From: an uncultured Bacilli bacterium
GTDB lineage: Bacteria; Bacillota_I; Bacilli_A; RF39; UBA660
DNA: 32,000 nt
Direction: 5' to 3'
NCBI GenBank assembly: GCA_934097105.1
Contig: CAKONI010000003.1
Span: 3,609-35,608 of the forward strand
This document shows, piece after piece, positions 23,482-30,949 of the stretch; the stretch's first letter is position 1, and each line of letters opens with the position of its first letter. The position numbers were made by a program, and so were the translations under genes. A model generated the notes under the pieces. It was not told the origin of the DNA. It saw only the letters and a list, made by a program, of their open reading frames with translations, and made no database searches.

Positions 23482-23731
23482 ATAAATATTTTTCTAAAAG
23501 TTGTTGGAACTGAGGAAGAAGAACTTGTAATAGATTTGGATCTACTACTTTTTCTAGTGTTCCATCTTCATAGTGAACAACCATTACTTTGTATACATCT
23601 GTAACATCAGATTCATCAGGTAATATTTCATTGACGTAAACGTATTCGTTTCCTTCATATTTTAATGCTTCTAGTACCACAACTTTGTCATTTTCTTCAA
23701 ATGTTATGACATCATATCTTTTAAAAGTCAT
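23480..23731 (-). CDS. Small acidic protein, DUF1292-like
   Basis: 83 aa. The pattern DVITFEENDKVVVLEALKYEGNEYVYVNEI...VMVVHYEDGTLEKV resembles the YrzB/DUF1292 beta-rich layout, but only loosely. GGGGAG Shine-Dalgarno; the start lies 13 nt after the upstream stop. Confidence 0.35.
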   Translation of the reverse strand: MTFKRYDVITFEENDKVVVLEALKYEGNEYVYVNEILPDESDVTDVYKVMVVHYEDGTLEKVVDPNLLQVLLPQFQQLLEKYL

Positions 23732-23744
23732 ATTTCTCCCCTTT

Positions 23745-24902
23745 CTATCTACTATACCCCATAGTTTGATTTTGAATACTTTCGTAAGTTGGTTCTACAA
23801 CTGGATTTACGGTAACTCCTTCATTTAATTCACCTGCTAAAGAATTAATCTCTGCTTCTGAGATTCTTTTTTCTTCATTAATTGTTTCTGTATTACTTGA
23901 ACTAGAAAATTTTGCTTTAATTTTTTCTATTCTATTTTTTAATCCTTCTTTAATTCTGGTTATAAAACTAACTTTTTTTCTTTTTTCAGGAGTTAAATGA
24001 TTCTTTATATAATCCATTTGATACAATACATCTTGCATTTTATTTGGTTCTTGTGTTTGGTTATTTGAAATGTTGTTTGCTCTTAAGTTATCAGATAAAT
24101 TTGGAATGTCTGCTACTTCATTTTCGTTTGTTTTTAATACTATGTTTTCTTGTGGGACAGGACCATTGACTACTCTATAGTTAAATTTATCATTACTAAC
24201 TGTATGAATTCTTGCCTGTCTAAGTTCAGACTTTACTTCTGGACTATTTTCTTTTTCAGTAGGTTTTTGCTCTTCTGGTTTATTTTCTTTTACAACAGGT
24301 TCTTGCTCTTCTGGTGTATTTTCTTTTACAACAGGTTCTTGCTCTTCTGGTTTATTTTCTTTTTCAGTAGGTTTTTGCTCTTCTGGTTTATTTTCTTTTA
24401 CAATAGGTTCTTGCTTTTCTGGTTCGTTTTCTCTTTCAACAGTTTTTTCTTCTTCTGGTGTATTTTCCTTTTCGATGGGTTTTTGTTCTATTTCTAGAAC
24501 TCCTCTTTTTGAAAGCCTTTTCATTGATTTTAGAGCAAAGTTTATACGAAATTCAAGTTGTTCAATGTCAAAAGCAATCCTTTCTTTTTCTCTATCATTA
24601 GCAGGCTCTTTTTCTTTTAGCATTTCTTTTTCAGTATTATATGTATTGTAGTAATCATAGTAATACATAAGTTCAGTTACATAATGGTTTTCTGTTATAT
24701 AGTTATCATATTCCATTTCGCTTTTACCTAAAGCTGCTGAAACTGGTCCGATAACGTCTATTCCTTTTTCCCATTCTTTACTTTTTACTGCGTCAACTGC
24801 TTTTTGTGCATATTCAACCTCAAGTTTTTTTAATCTTTCTTCTACTTTGAATGAAACAATTTCTAAATTAACTAGTTTTAAAAATTCATTAATATTTTCC
24901 AT
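23745..24902 (-). CDS. Paralogue family member P3 (shared N-terminal module, 36-nt acidic repeats, unique C-terminus)
   Basis: 385 aa. N-terminus (INEFLKLVNLEIVSFKV...EVEYAQKAVD...W.KG...KEPANDREK...) is homologous to the N-termini of P1 and P2. No signal peptide or TM segment. Confidence 0.6.
   Translation of the reverse strand: MENINEFLKLVNLEIVSFKVEERLKKLEVEYAQKAVDAVKSKEWEKGIDVIGPVSAALGKSEMEYDNYITENHYVTELMYYYDYYNTYNTEKEMLKEKEPANDREKERIAFDIEQLEFRINFALKSMKRLSKRGVLEIEQKPIEKENTPEEEKTVERENEPEKQEPIVKENKPEEQKPTEKENKPEEQEPVVKENTPEEQEPVVKENKPEEQKPTEKENSPEVKSELRQARIHTVSNDKFNYRVVNGPVPQENIVLKTNENEVADIPNLSDNLRANNISNNQTQEPNKMQDVLYQMDYIKNHLTPEKRKKVSFITRIKEGLKNRIEKIKAKFSSSSNTETINEEKRISEAEINSLAGELNEGVTVNPVVEPTYESIQNQTMGYSR
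24231..24482 (-). repeat. In-frame 36-nt tandem repeat, about 7 copies
   Basis: TTTTCTTTTACAACAGGTTCTTGCTCTTCTGGT(G/T)TA units encode KEN(K/T)PEEQ(K/E)P(T/V)(E/V). Confidence 0.85.
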
Positions 24903-24917
24903 AATTTATCCTCCATC

Positions 24918-25796
24918 TTAAAGTTTTTTTCCAGAACTGTAATGTTTATAGGCTATACCAGCCAATGGTGCTACTACAAATACTGGGTTTGCAATTACAA
25001 GGGCTGCAGTTATAGCCCCTAGCGCTACTATTGCAGCGACTGTTTTTGAATTAATTTTGCTATTTAGGGTTGGTCCTGCTACTCCCATTTTTTTCGCTGT
25101 TTTCTTTTCAGGTTTTAATGTATTGTCCTCTTTTTGTTCTTCTGGTTTAGTAGCAGTTCCTGTAGAAGTATCTTTTTTTTGTTCAGGTTCTTTTTCTTCT
25201 TGATTTTCTTTTTCCTCATCTTGTTTTTCTTCATCCTGTTTTGCTTCGTCTTGTTTCGTTTCATTTTGATTTTCGTTATTTTTTTCTTTGTTTTCTGTTA
25301 TTTCATTATCATCAGTATTACTTATACTATTTGCTTTGTTTTCTTTTTCTTGATCTTTTTTATTTTCTAAATCATCGGTATTGAATCTACTTCTATTTTT
25401 AGTTAATGATTTTAGTCTTTTAATTATGAAATTTTGCCTATTTTTAAGTTCTTCAATACTAAATTCATTTCTTGATTTTTCTCTGTCATTAGCAGGTTCT
25501 TTTGCAAGTAATGCTTTTAGTTTTTTTTCGTGTTCTTGATATTCTGCATAGTATTTTTTCATTTCTTCTACTTCTTTGTTTTGTGTTATATATTCATCTA
25601 AATCTTGTTGTTTCTCTTCAAGTTTTTGTTCAAATATTTTGATAGCCTCTGAGCCTTTATCCCATTTTACATTTTTAACCTGATCTAGGTCTTTTTGTGC
25701 ATATTCAATCTCAACTTCTTTTAGTTTTTTGTCCACTTTGTATGAAGTTATATCTAAATTAACTTTTTTTAAAAATGCTTCTAAGTCGTTATTCAT
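24918..25796 (-). CDS. Paralogue family member P2 (shared N-terminal module, acidic region, C-terminal TM tail anchor)
   Basis: 292 aa from the ATG at 25796 (MNNDLEAFLKKVNLDITSY), chosen by homology to the P1 and P3 starts. KQDE(A/E) repeats. C-terminal hydrophobic stretch TVAAIVALGAITAALVIANPVFVVAPLAGIAY. Confidence 0.6.
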   Translation of the reverse strand: MNNDLEAFLKKVNLDITSYKVDKKLKEVEIEYAQKDLDQVKNVKWDKGSEAIKIFEQKLEEKQQDLDEYITQNKEVEEMKKYYAEYQEHEKKLKALLAKEPANDREKSRNEFSIEELKNRQNFIIKRLKSLTKNRSRFNTDDLENKKDQEKENKANSISNTDDNEITENKEKNNENQNETKQDEAKQDEEKQDEEKENQEEKEPEQKKDTSTGTATKPEEQKEDNTLKPEKKTAKKMGVAGPTLNSKINSKTVAAIVALGAITAALVIANPVFVVAPLAGIAYKHYSSGKKL

Positions 25797-25827
25797 AGGA
25801 TCCATCGCCCCTTTCAATTACTTGCAT

Positions 25828-25856
25828 ATTATATCACAAAATCATAAATTTTACAA
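25828..25856 (-). promoter_or_regulatory. Sigma-A promoter with extended -10 for P2-P3-small gene
   Basis: Minus strand reads TTGTAA (25856-25851), 17-nt spacer, TGa-TATAAT (-10 at 25833-25828). Confidence 0.55.
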
Positions 25857-25912
25857 GTCTAATGTCAAAAAATCATATTGATTCAAAAATTAAGTGAATA
25901 TATTTTTAATTA

Positions 25913-28345
25913 TTACCTTGATCTACCTGTACTTATTTCGTTATCATATAGCATTTCTTCGTATTCTAACATTTTTTCTCTTTCTTTATATGGTACTCTT
26001 GCCATTGTTTTCTTTTTGCCTATTTCTTTGTCAACAACACTGCAATATGCCATTGTAGCACCAGTACTTATTACTGTTGTTAATAGGTCACTGCCAAGTC
26101 CATCAAGTTGAGGAACTTCTGTAGTTTTCAATATTTCGCCATCTTTGTAGACTTCAAGTATTCCATTATTAAATTTGGTTACGGCGTCAGGATTTTTTAT
26201 TATGTAGTCCATTGAATCAACAGTTGAAGATAAGTCAAATTGAGGATTATTTGCTTGGTATTCTCTTAATTGTTCTATTGCGTTTTCATATAATTTAGTT
26301 TGGTTTTTGTTTACTTCACTTGCAACTTCAGCAATTTTATTTAAGTATTCACTATCGCTTATCCTTTTATCTTTTAGGTCATTCACAGCATCAGTAAACT
26401 GTGAATTCATGCTTTCTATTTCATTATGTGAAGTTTGATGATTAATTTTGTCTGCAGCCCAATAATCGGTACTATTCATATCGTAAGTGTGTCCATCTAA
26501 TGTTGCTGCTTGTCTTTCTCTTATATCAACGGCTCCTGCTTGATTAGCATATGAATTTGCTGTCATACCTTTACCAAAGTCATCTCTTTTTGATGTGATA
26601 TCATTTCCTATAGAATGTATTTGATCTTCTACATCATTTAATTTTTGATTTATTTCTGCAACTAAGTTTGGATTGTCTATTAAGTGTGTAACGATTCCGT
26701 GTATAGATGAAACTGCAGCTGTTCCAAGAGCAATTGTACCCATAATGTCTCTGATATGTGTGTCTTGACTATAATCAAGTAATGTTGCCATTGGTGTATA
26801 ACTTCTTTTGCCTGTTGAAACTTCTCCTACAAATCTTTTTTTGTCGTATGATGTGTTTTCTGCTTCAAGTCTTTGTCTTTCAATGAATGAACTTACTGCT
26901 AATTCGTCATTTCCTTCTTCGATTGCTTTTTTAAAGTCTGCTGATAAAATCGCTTCTTGATCCATAAGCTTTTGATCATTTCCATGTTTTACAGCATCAG
27001 CATATCCGACATAGTTCATTCCTTTTCCGATAGTAGTTGCCCTTACTATTTCTTCAAAGCCATGGCTTCCGCCACCTATATAATAATTTGCTTGGTCTTG
27101 ATTACTAGTAAACTCTTTTAAAAGTTCTGCTTTTCCGTCATATAAATTTGCTCTTTCTCCTTCAAGTTGTATTCTTTTTTCTTCAGTTAAATCTCCTTCT
27201 AATTCTTTGTTTATTCCTTCAATAAGTAAGTAATCACCGGCGATTTTAGAGAAAATTTTCTTGTTTGTCATGTTTAAAGCATCTATTTTTTCTTGGCAGT
27301 ATTTTTTCATTCTATTTACAATTGGTGCTGTGAATGCTTCCGGATACATTGATTGTTTGAAGAATGACGCTGTTCCATCTTTTAAAATTGTTTCTAAGTC
27401 TTTTTCTGGTAAATTATTAAGTCTTTCTTTTAAACTATTTATTTTGTCTATTTGTTCTTGTTTTACTGTTAACCCACGTATATTACAGACAATCTTATTC
27501 ATCATTGTTCTAAAACTTTTACTGACCCCTGCAATATTATATTTTAGATTTCCAGTATGAACGTTTTTTTCAAATTCATCCCTTATTTTTATTTTTCTTA
27601 ATGTTAGTTTATTATAAGCCCTTTTATCTTTTACCTTGAAATCAAGTCCTCTATTTAATTCAGCCATGATGACTTCTATTGTCCTAGGTCTTGATTGTAG
27701 ATCTTTTTCAATTTCACTTTCTGGATCTTCTATTTCAGGATCATCTCTTTCTGGATTATCCTTTTCCGGATCATCTCTTTCTGGATTATCCTTTTCCGGA
27801 TCATCTCTTTCTGGATCATCCTTTTCCGGATTATCTCTTTCTGGATCATCCTTTTCTGGATTATCTCTTTTTGGATCATCCTTTTCAGGTTCTTCCTTTT
27901 TTGGATTTTCTTTTTCTAGATCATCAGTGTTAAATAAACTTCTGTTTTTTGTTAATGCCCTTAATCTTTCTATTATAAATTTTTGTTTAAATTTAAGTTC
28001 TTCAATACTAAACTCATTTCTTGATTTTTCATTAGCATTAGCAGGTTCTTTTTCAAGTAATGCTTTTAATTTTTTTTCACATTCTTGATATTCTGCATAG
28101 TACTTCTTTATTTCATCCATTTCTTTATTTTCATATAAGAAATCCTCTAAGTCTTTTTGCTTATTTGCAAGCACCTCTTCTAGTACTTGAACAATGTTTG
28201 ATCCTCTTTCCCATGTGTGCTCTTTTGTGGCGTCTACATCTTTTTGTGCATATTCAATGTCAGCAAGTTTAAGTGTTCTGGTTGTTTCATAAGAAACTAT
28301 GTCTAGATTGACTCTTTTTAAAAATGCTTCTAATTCAGTATTCAT
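25913..28345 (-). CDS. Paralogue family member P1 (shared N-terminal module, pentapeptide acidic repeats, ~590-aa unique C-terminal region)
   Basis: 810 aa. N-terminus MNTELEAFLKRVNLDIVSY...IEYAQKDVD...W.RGS...YYAEYQECEKKLKALLEKEPANANEKSRNEFSIEELK. I do not recognise the C-terminal region. Hydrophobic patches are IMGTIALGTAAVSSIHGIV and LLTTVISTGATMAYCSVV. Confidence 0.6.
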   Translation of the reverse strand: MNTELEAFLKRVNLDIVSYETTRTLKLADIEYAQKDVDATKEHTWERGSNIVQVLEEVLANKQKDLEDFLYENKEMDEIKKYYAEYQECEKKLKALLEKEPANANEKSRNEFSIEELKFKQKFIIERLRALTKNRSLFNTDDLEKENPKKEEPEKDDPKRDNPEKDDPERDNPEKDDPERDDPEKDNPERDDPEKDNPERDDPEIEDPESEIEKDLQSRPRTIEVIMAELNRGLDFKVKDKRAYNKLTLRKIKIRDEFEKNVHTGNLKYNIAGVSKSFRTMMNKIVCNIRGLTVKQEQIDKINSLKERLNNLPEKDLETILKDGTASFFKQSMYPEAFTAPIVNRMKKYCQEKIDALNMTNKKIFSKIAGDYLLIEGINKELEGDLTEEKRIQLEGERANLYDGKAELLKEFTSNQDQANYYIGGGSHGFEEIVRATTIGKGMNYVGYADAVKHGNDQKLMDQEAILSADFKKAIEEGNDELAVSSFIERQRLEAENTSYDKKRFVGEVSTGKRSYTPMATLLDYSQDTHIRDIMGTIALGTAAVSSIHGIVTHLIDNPNLVAEINQKLNDVEDQIHSIGNDITSKRDDFGKGMTANSYANQAGAVDIRERQAATLDGHTYDMNSTDYWAADKINHQTSHNEIESMNSQFTDAVNDLKDKRISDSEYLNKIAEVASEVNKNQTKLYENAIEQLREYQANNPQFDLSSTVDSMDYIIKNPDAVTKFNNGILEVYKDGEILKTTEVPQLDGLGSDLLTTVISTGATMAYCSVVDKEIGKKKTMARVPYKEREKMLEYEEMLYDNEISTGRSR
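27716..27916 (-). repeat. In-frame 15/30-nt tandem repeat, about 13 pentapeptide units
   Basis: GGATCATCTCTTTCT / GGATTATCCTTTTCC alternate and encode (E/K/R)(K/R)D(D/N)P units (PEKDDPERDNPEKDDPERDDPEKDNPERDDP...). Confidence 0.85.
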
Positions 28346-28346
28346 C

Positions 28347-28613
28347 TTACTTTTTTCCGCCTTGGTTTAATATATCTAAAGCACTGTTAGCTAGTTCAAA
28401 TTCTTCAGGTGTTTCAATCATGTATAGTTCTCCTGTGAATTCATTTGTTGGATAACACGCAAAAAGAACTTTTCCTTCATTATTAACTATTTTATCATCT
28501 GTAAATCCTACATATGTTTTTCCATTTTCAGGGCAATCAAATGTTAAAACTACTTTATAAACAATATCTCCTTCATCTGTTTGAATAACTACTCTTTCAT
28601 CTTCTAACTTCAT
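28347..28613 (-). CDS. DUF1292 (YrzB-like) small protein
   Basis: 88 aa. VVIQTDEGDIVYKVVLTFDCPENGKTYVGFTDD...ELYMIETPEEFELANSALD matches my recollection of the DUF1292 pattern (short beta N-terminus, .YV.. core, acidic C-terminal helix). The stop lies 1 nt before the P1 start. Confidence 0.55.
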   Translation of the reverse strand: MKLEDERVVIQTDEGDIVYKVVLTFDCPENGKTYVGFTDDKIVNNEGKVLFACYPTNEFTGELYMIETPEEFELANSALDILNQGGKK

Positions 28614-28635
28614 ATATATTTTTCCTCCTATTTTA

Positions 28636-28664
28636 ATTTTAAGTTAAAAAGAAAAAAATGTCAA
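28636..28664 (-). promoter_or_regulatory. Sigma-A promoter for DUF1292-P1
   Basis: Minus strand reads TTGACA (28664-28659), 17-nt spacer, TAAAAT (28641-28636). TAGGAGGA Shine-Dalgarno precedes the ATG at 28613. The -35 lies in the 3' arm of the uppS terminator. Confidence 0.5.
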
Positions 28665-28712
28665 ATAAAACTCGCCATTTGGCTTGTTTTTCTTTAGTAC
28701 TTGACATTTTTT
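28653..28712 (-). terminator. uppS terminator candidate (long-loop hairpin)
   Basis: 12-bp perfect arms AAAAAATGTCAA (28653-64) and TTGACATTTTTT (28701-12). The 36-nt loop has inner AAAAC/GTTTT and GCC/GGC pairings. A T-run follows on the minus strand. Confidence 0.4.
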
Positions 28713-29415
28713 ATTCGGTTATTCCTCCGAATCTTCTGTTACGTTTGTAGTATTCGTCTAGAATTTTATTAAATTTTGAGGGGGTAAAATCTGGAAACAA
28801 AGTACTTGTAAAGCAAAATTCTGCATAAGATATTTGAAAAAGTAGAAAATTACTTATTCTCATTTCTCCGCTTGTTCTTATAAGAAAATCAACATCAGGA
28901 AGTTTATTATAAAGATTATCTGAGATTAGTTTTTCATTTATGTCATCTATACTTATTTCGCCTTTTAGAAGTGAGGCTCCTATTTTTTTAGTGGCATCTA
29001 CTATTTCACTTTTTCCACCATAATTTAAGCAGAAGTTGGCTACTAAGCCTGTGTTACTACTAGTATCATCTTCAAGGTGTTTCATACTTTTTAGTACTTC
29101 TTCTGATAGGCCTTCTTTTCTTCCTGAAAAGATAATTTTAATATTTTCATTTTTATATTTTTTATTTACTCTTGTGAACATCTTAATAAATAGATTCATT
29201 AAATAGTCTACTTCTTCTTTACTTCTTTTAAAATTTTCTGTTGAGAAGACATATAGACTTAAATATTTTATGTTTGTATTTTTATTTGTGTATAAAATAA
29301 GTTTTTCAAGTGTTTTTGATCCTTTTAGGTGACCGGCACTTCTGGAAAGGCCTCTTTTTTTTGCCCATCTGCCGTTTCCGTCTACTATTATGGCAACGTG
29401 TTTTAGTTCATTCAT
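28711..29415 (-). CDS. uppS: Undecaprenyl pyrophosphate synthase
   Basis: HVAIIVDGNGRWAKKRGL, FSTENF.RS.EEV, RTSGE.R.SNFLL.Q.SYAE, RRFGG. Start reassigned to MNELKH (ATG at 29415, AGGAG Shine-Dalgarno). The 56 upstream codons of the ORF track are read through two tRNA genes. Confidence 0.9.
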   Translation of the reverse strand: MNELKHVAIIVDGNGRWAKKRGLSRSAGHLKGSKTLEKLILYTNKNTNIKYLSLYVFSTENFKRSKEEVDYLMNLFIKMFTRVNKKYKNENIKIIFSGRKEGLSEEVLKSMKHLEDDTSSNTGLVANFCLNYGGKSEIVDATKKIGASLLKGEISIDDINEKLISDNLYNKLPDVDFLIRTSGEMRISNFLLFQISYAEFCFTSTLFPDFTPSKFNKILDEYYKRNRRFGGITE

Positions 29416-29427
29416 AAATTTACTCCT

Positions 29428-29457
29428 AAAAAAAACTCTTAGATAAATCCAAGAGTA
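29428..29457 (-). terminator. Weak terminator between tRNA-Pro and uppS
   Basis: ACTCTT / AAGAGT 6-bp stem (29451-56 with 29435-40) and a 10-nt loop. T8 follows on the minus strand and runs directly into the uppS Shine-Dalgarno. Confidence 0.35.
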
Positions 29458-29467
29458 ATATTCAAAC

Positions 29468-29544
29468 TGGTCGGGAAGACAGGATTTGAACCTGCAACCC
29501 CTTGGTCCCAAACCAAGTGCTCTACCAAGTTGAGCCACTTCCCG
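29468..29544 (-). tRNA. tRNA-Pro (anticodon TGG)
   Basis: 77 nt with encoded CCA. Acceptor stem CGGGAAG/CTTCCCG. Anticodon arm CTTGG-TTTGGGA-CCAAG. T-arm GGTTCAAATCC. Confidence 0.95.
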
Positions 29545-29548
29545 AAGA

Positions 29549-29625
<77 letters not shown>

Positions 29626-29659
29626 AGCGCTTTACACTTTATTAACCAAGTGCTATTTA

Positions 29660-29688
29660 ATTATACAATAAGTAATTACATTTTTCAA
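29660..29688 (-). promoter_or_regulatory. Sigma-A promoter for tRNA-Arg and tRNA-Pro (and possibly uppS)
   Basis: Minus strand reads TTGAAA (29688-29683), 17-nt spacer, TATAAT (29665-29660), about 35 nt upstream of the tRNA-Arg 5' end. Confidence 0.6.
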
Positions 29689-29723
29689 GTATATATAATA
29701 AAATTTCTTAAAAATTTTTCAAA

Positions 29724-30599
29724 TTATTGTCTTTTCACTCCAAATTCTACGTCTTTTACATCATAATTTGCTAGAACTGAGGATTTTATAACTTTTTTTT
29801 CGTTTTCTTCTAGTTCTCTGTTTAGAATAATATAAATGCTTTTTGAGGTTATTTTATAATCTATTAATTCTACATTGTCAACCATTGAAATCAGATTAAG
29901 TCCATAAACCATATTTTCTAAGTTGTCGATAATAATTTCTAATTTTTCTTTTGTTCCGTTAACGTATTTGGTGACTGGAACTTCGTAATATGTTCCTTCA
30001 TTTTTACCATAATAAGTCATAACTATTTTTACAATATCTTTAGTAGAACTGATTTCGTATGTTTTATTAATTCCAAAGTCTGTGGTTAGTAGCGTTGGGA
30101 GGGGTTTATTGGTGTGTGGTACATATTTTAGCATGTCTTTATCTGCATATATTTCTATTCCTAATATATCTTTGTTATCGCTTATTGTATATATTATGGA
30201 TTCGATCATTTTTTCTGATTGTTCTTTATTTATATCATAAAGTTCATGTGAAAAATATAGTTTTACTATAGAATCTTCAATTTTAACATCTAGTATTTTT
30301 GTGTTTTTGGGAAGTATTGGTTTGAAGTAACTAGGAAGTAATGAATTTTTATTGTTTTCTTCGGTCATAATTTCTAGTTTTTCTTTTATTTTGTCTTCTA
30401 AGGAAAGTTCTTTGCTTACATAGACGCTTGCTTTTGATATGTAGTTGTCTTTGTTTAATGTATATATATAAGATGCTTTTACGAATTTTTTTGTATGTGT
30501 TTCTTCTAGTGTTCCTTTCATAAAAGTACATACTATGAATACTATAAAAAAGATAATTGTGGTTAAAAATATTCTATTAAAGGCTTTTCTTTTTAACAT
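29724..30599 (-). CDS. Membrane-anchored GerM-like protein (Germane-type domains)
   Basis: 291 aa. N-terminal TM segment (FLTTIIFFIVFIVCTF). Two units with the Germane-like pattern are present (first: SYIYTLNKDNYISKASVYV...LLPSYFKPILPKNTKILDVKIEDSIVKLYFSHEL; second: KIVMTYYGKNEGTYYEVPVTKYV...). Judged from memory. Confidence 0.5.
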   Translation of the reverse strand: MLKRKAFNRIFLTTIIFFIVFIVCTFMKGTLEETHTKKFVKASYIYTLNKDNYISKASVYVSKELSLEDKIKEKLEIMTEENNKNSLLPSYFKPILPKNTKILDVKIEDSIVKLYFSHELYDINKEQSEKMIESIIYTISDNKDILGIEIYADKDMLKYVPHTNKPLPTLLTTDFGINKTYEISSTKDIVKIVMTYYGKNEGTYYEVPVTKYVNGTKEKLEIIIDNLENMVYGLNLISMVDNVELIDYKITSKSIYIILNRELEENEKKVIKSSVLANYDVKDVEFGVKRQ

Positions 30600-30615
30600 G
30601 TTATCCCCTCATGAA

Positions 30616-30644
30616 AGCATATGAAAAGACATGTAAACTTATAC
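30616..30644 (-). promoter_or_regulatory. Sigma-E-type promoter candidate for the GerM-like gene
   Basis: Minus strand reads GTATAAG (30644-30638), 14-nt spacer, CATATGCT (30623-30616). Consensus is ZHATAXX-N14-CATACAHT. The -35 fits and the -10 matches 6 of 8. The -35 lies inside the gerE terminator hairpin. Confidence 0.35.
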
Positions 30645-30649
30645 ATGTC
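30624..30649 (-). terminator. gerE intrinsic terminator
   Basis: GACATGTA taagtt TACATGTC perfect 8-bp stem (30628-30649). It begins at the last base of the TAG stop. TTTT follows on the minus strand. Confidence 0.6.
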
Positions 30650-30855
30650 TAAAGTGTTATTTCATTTAATTTTAATAGTTCAACGACAGCGCCTGCTCTA
30701 CCTTTAACACCAAGTTTTTGCATTACATTAGAAATATGATTTCTTACAGTCTTTTCACTAATTCCTAAATCATCAGCAATTTCTTTAGTTGATCTATTTT
30801 CCACTAAAAGAAGAAACACTTCTCTTTCTCTTTTTGTTAATATTGATTTTTTAAT
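30649..30855 (-). CDS. gerE: GerE, LuxR-type late mother-cell transcription regulator (not in the ORF track; apparent ATT start)
   Basis: 68 codons: (I)[67 protein letters not shown]. B. subtilis GerE has [57 protein letters not shown]. An in-frame TGA lies at 30865-30867. No ATG, GTG or TTG occurs before codon 13. GAGGG Shine-Dalgarno sits 6 nt before the ATT at 30855. Confidence 0.8.
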   Translation of the reverse strand: [68 protein letters not shown]

Positions 30856-30903
30856 AAATATCCCTCACTTTCTAGATCTGGGTGGTTTTTATATTATTCA
30901 TAT

Positions 30904-30932
30904 TATTCTATGAATAAATGTTTAATATTGTG
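30904..30932 (-). promoter_or_regulatory. Sigma-K-type promoter candidate for gerE
   Basis: Minus strand reads cAC (30932-30930), 17-nt spacer, CATAGAATA (30912-30904). This fits the consensus AC-N17-CATAnnnTA exactly, about 50 nt upstream of the start. gerE is sigma-K dependent in B. subtilis. Confidence 0.4.
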
Positions 30933-30949
30933 AGAGAGCATTGCCTAAT

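Noticed and set aside
18823-27916. Tandem repeats (18823-19266, 24231-24482, 27716-27916) as possible CRISPR arrays
   Set aside because: The units are directly abutting with no unique spacers. Periods are 42, 36 and 15/30 nt. The repeats are in frame within long ORFs and encode low-complexity acidic peptides.
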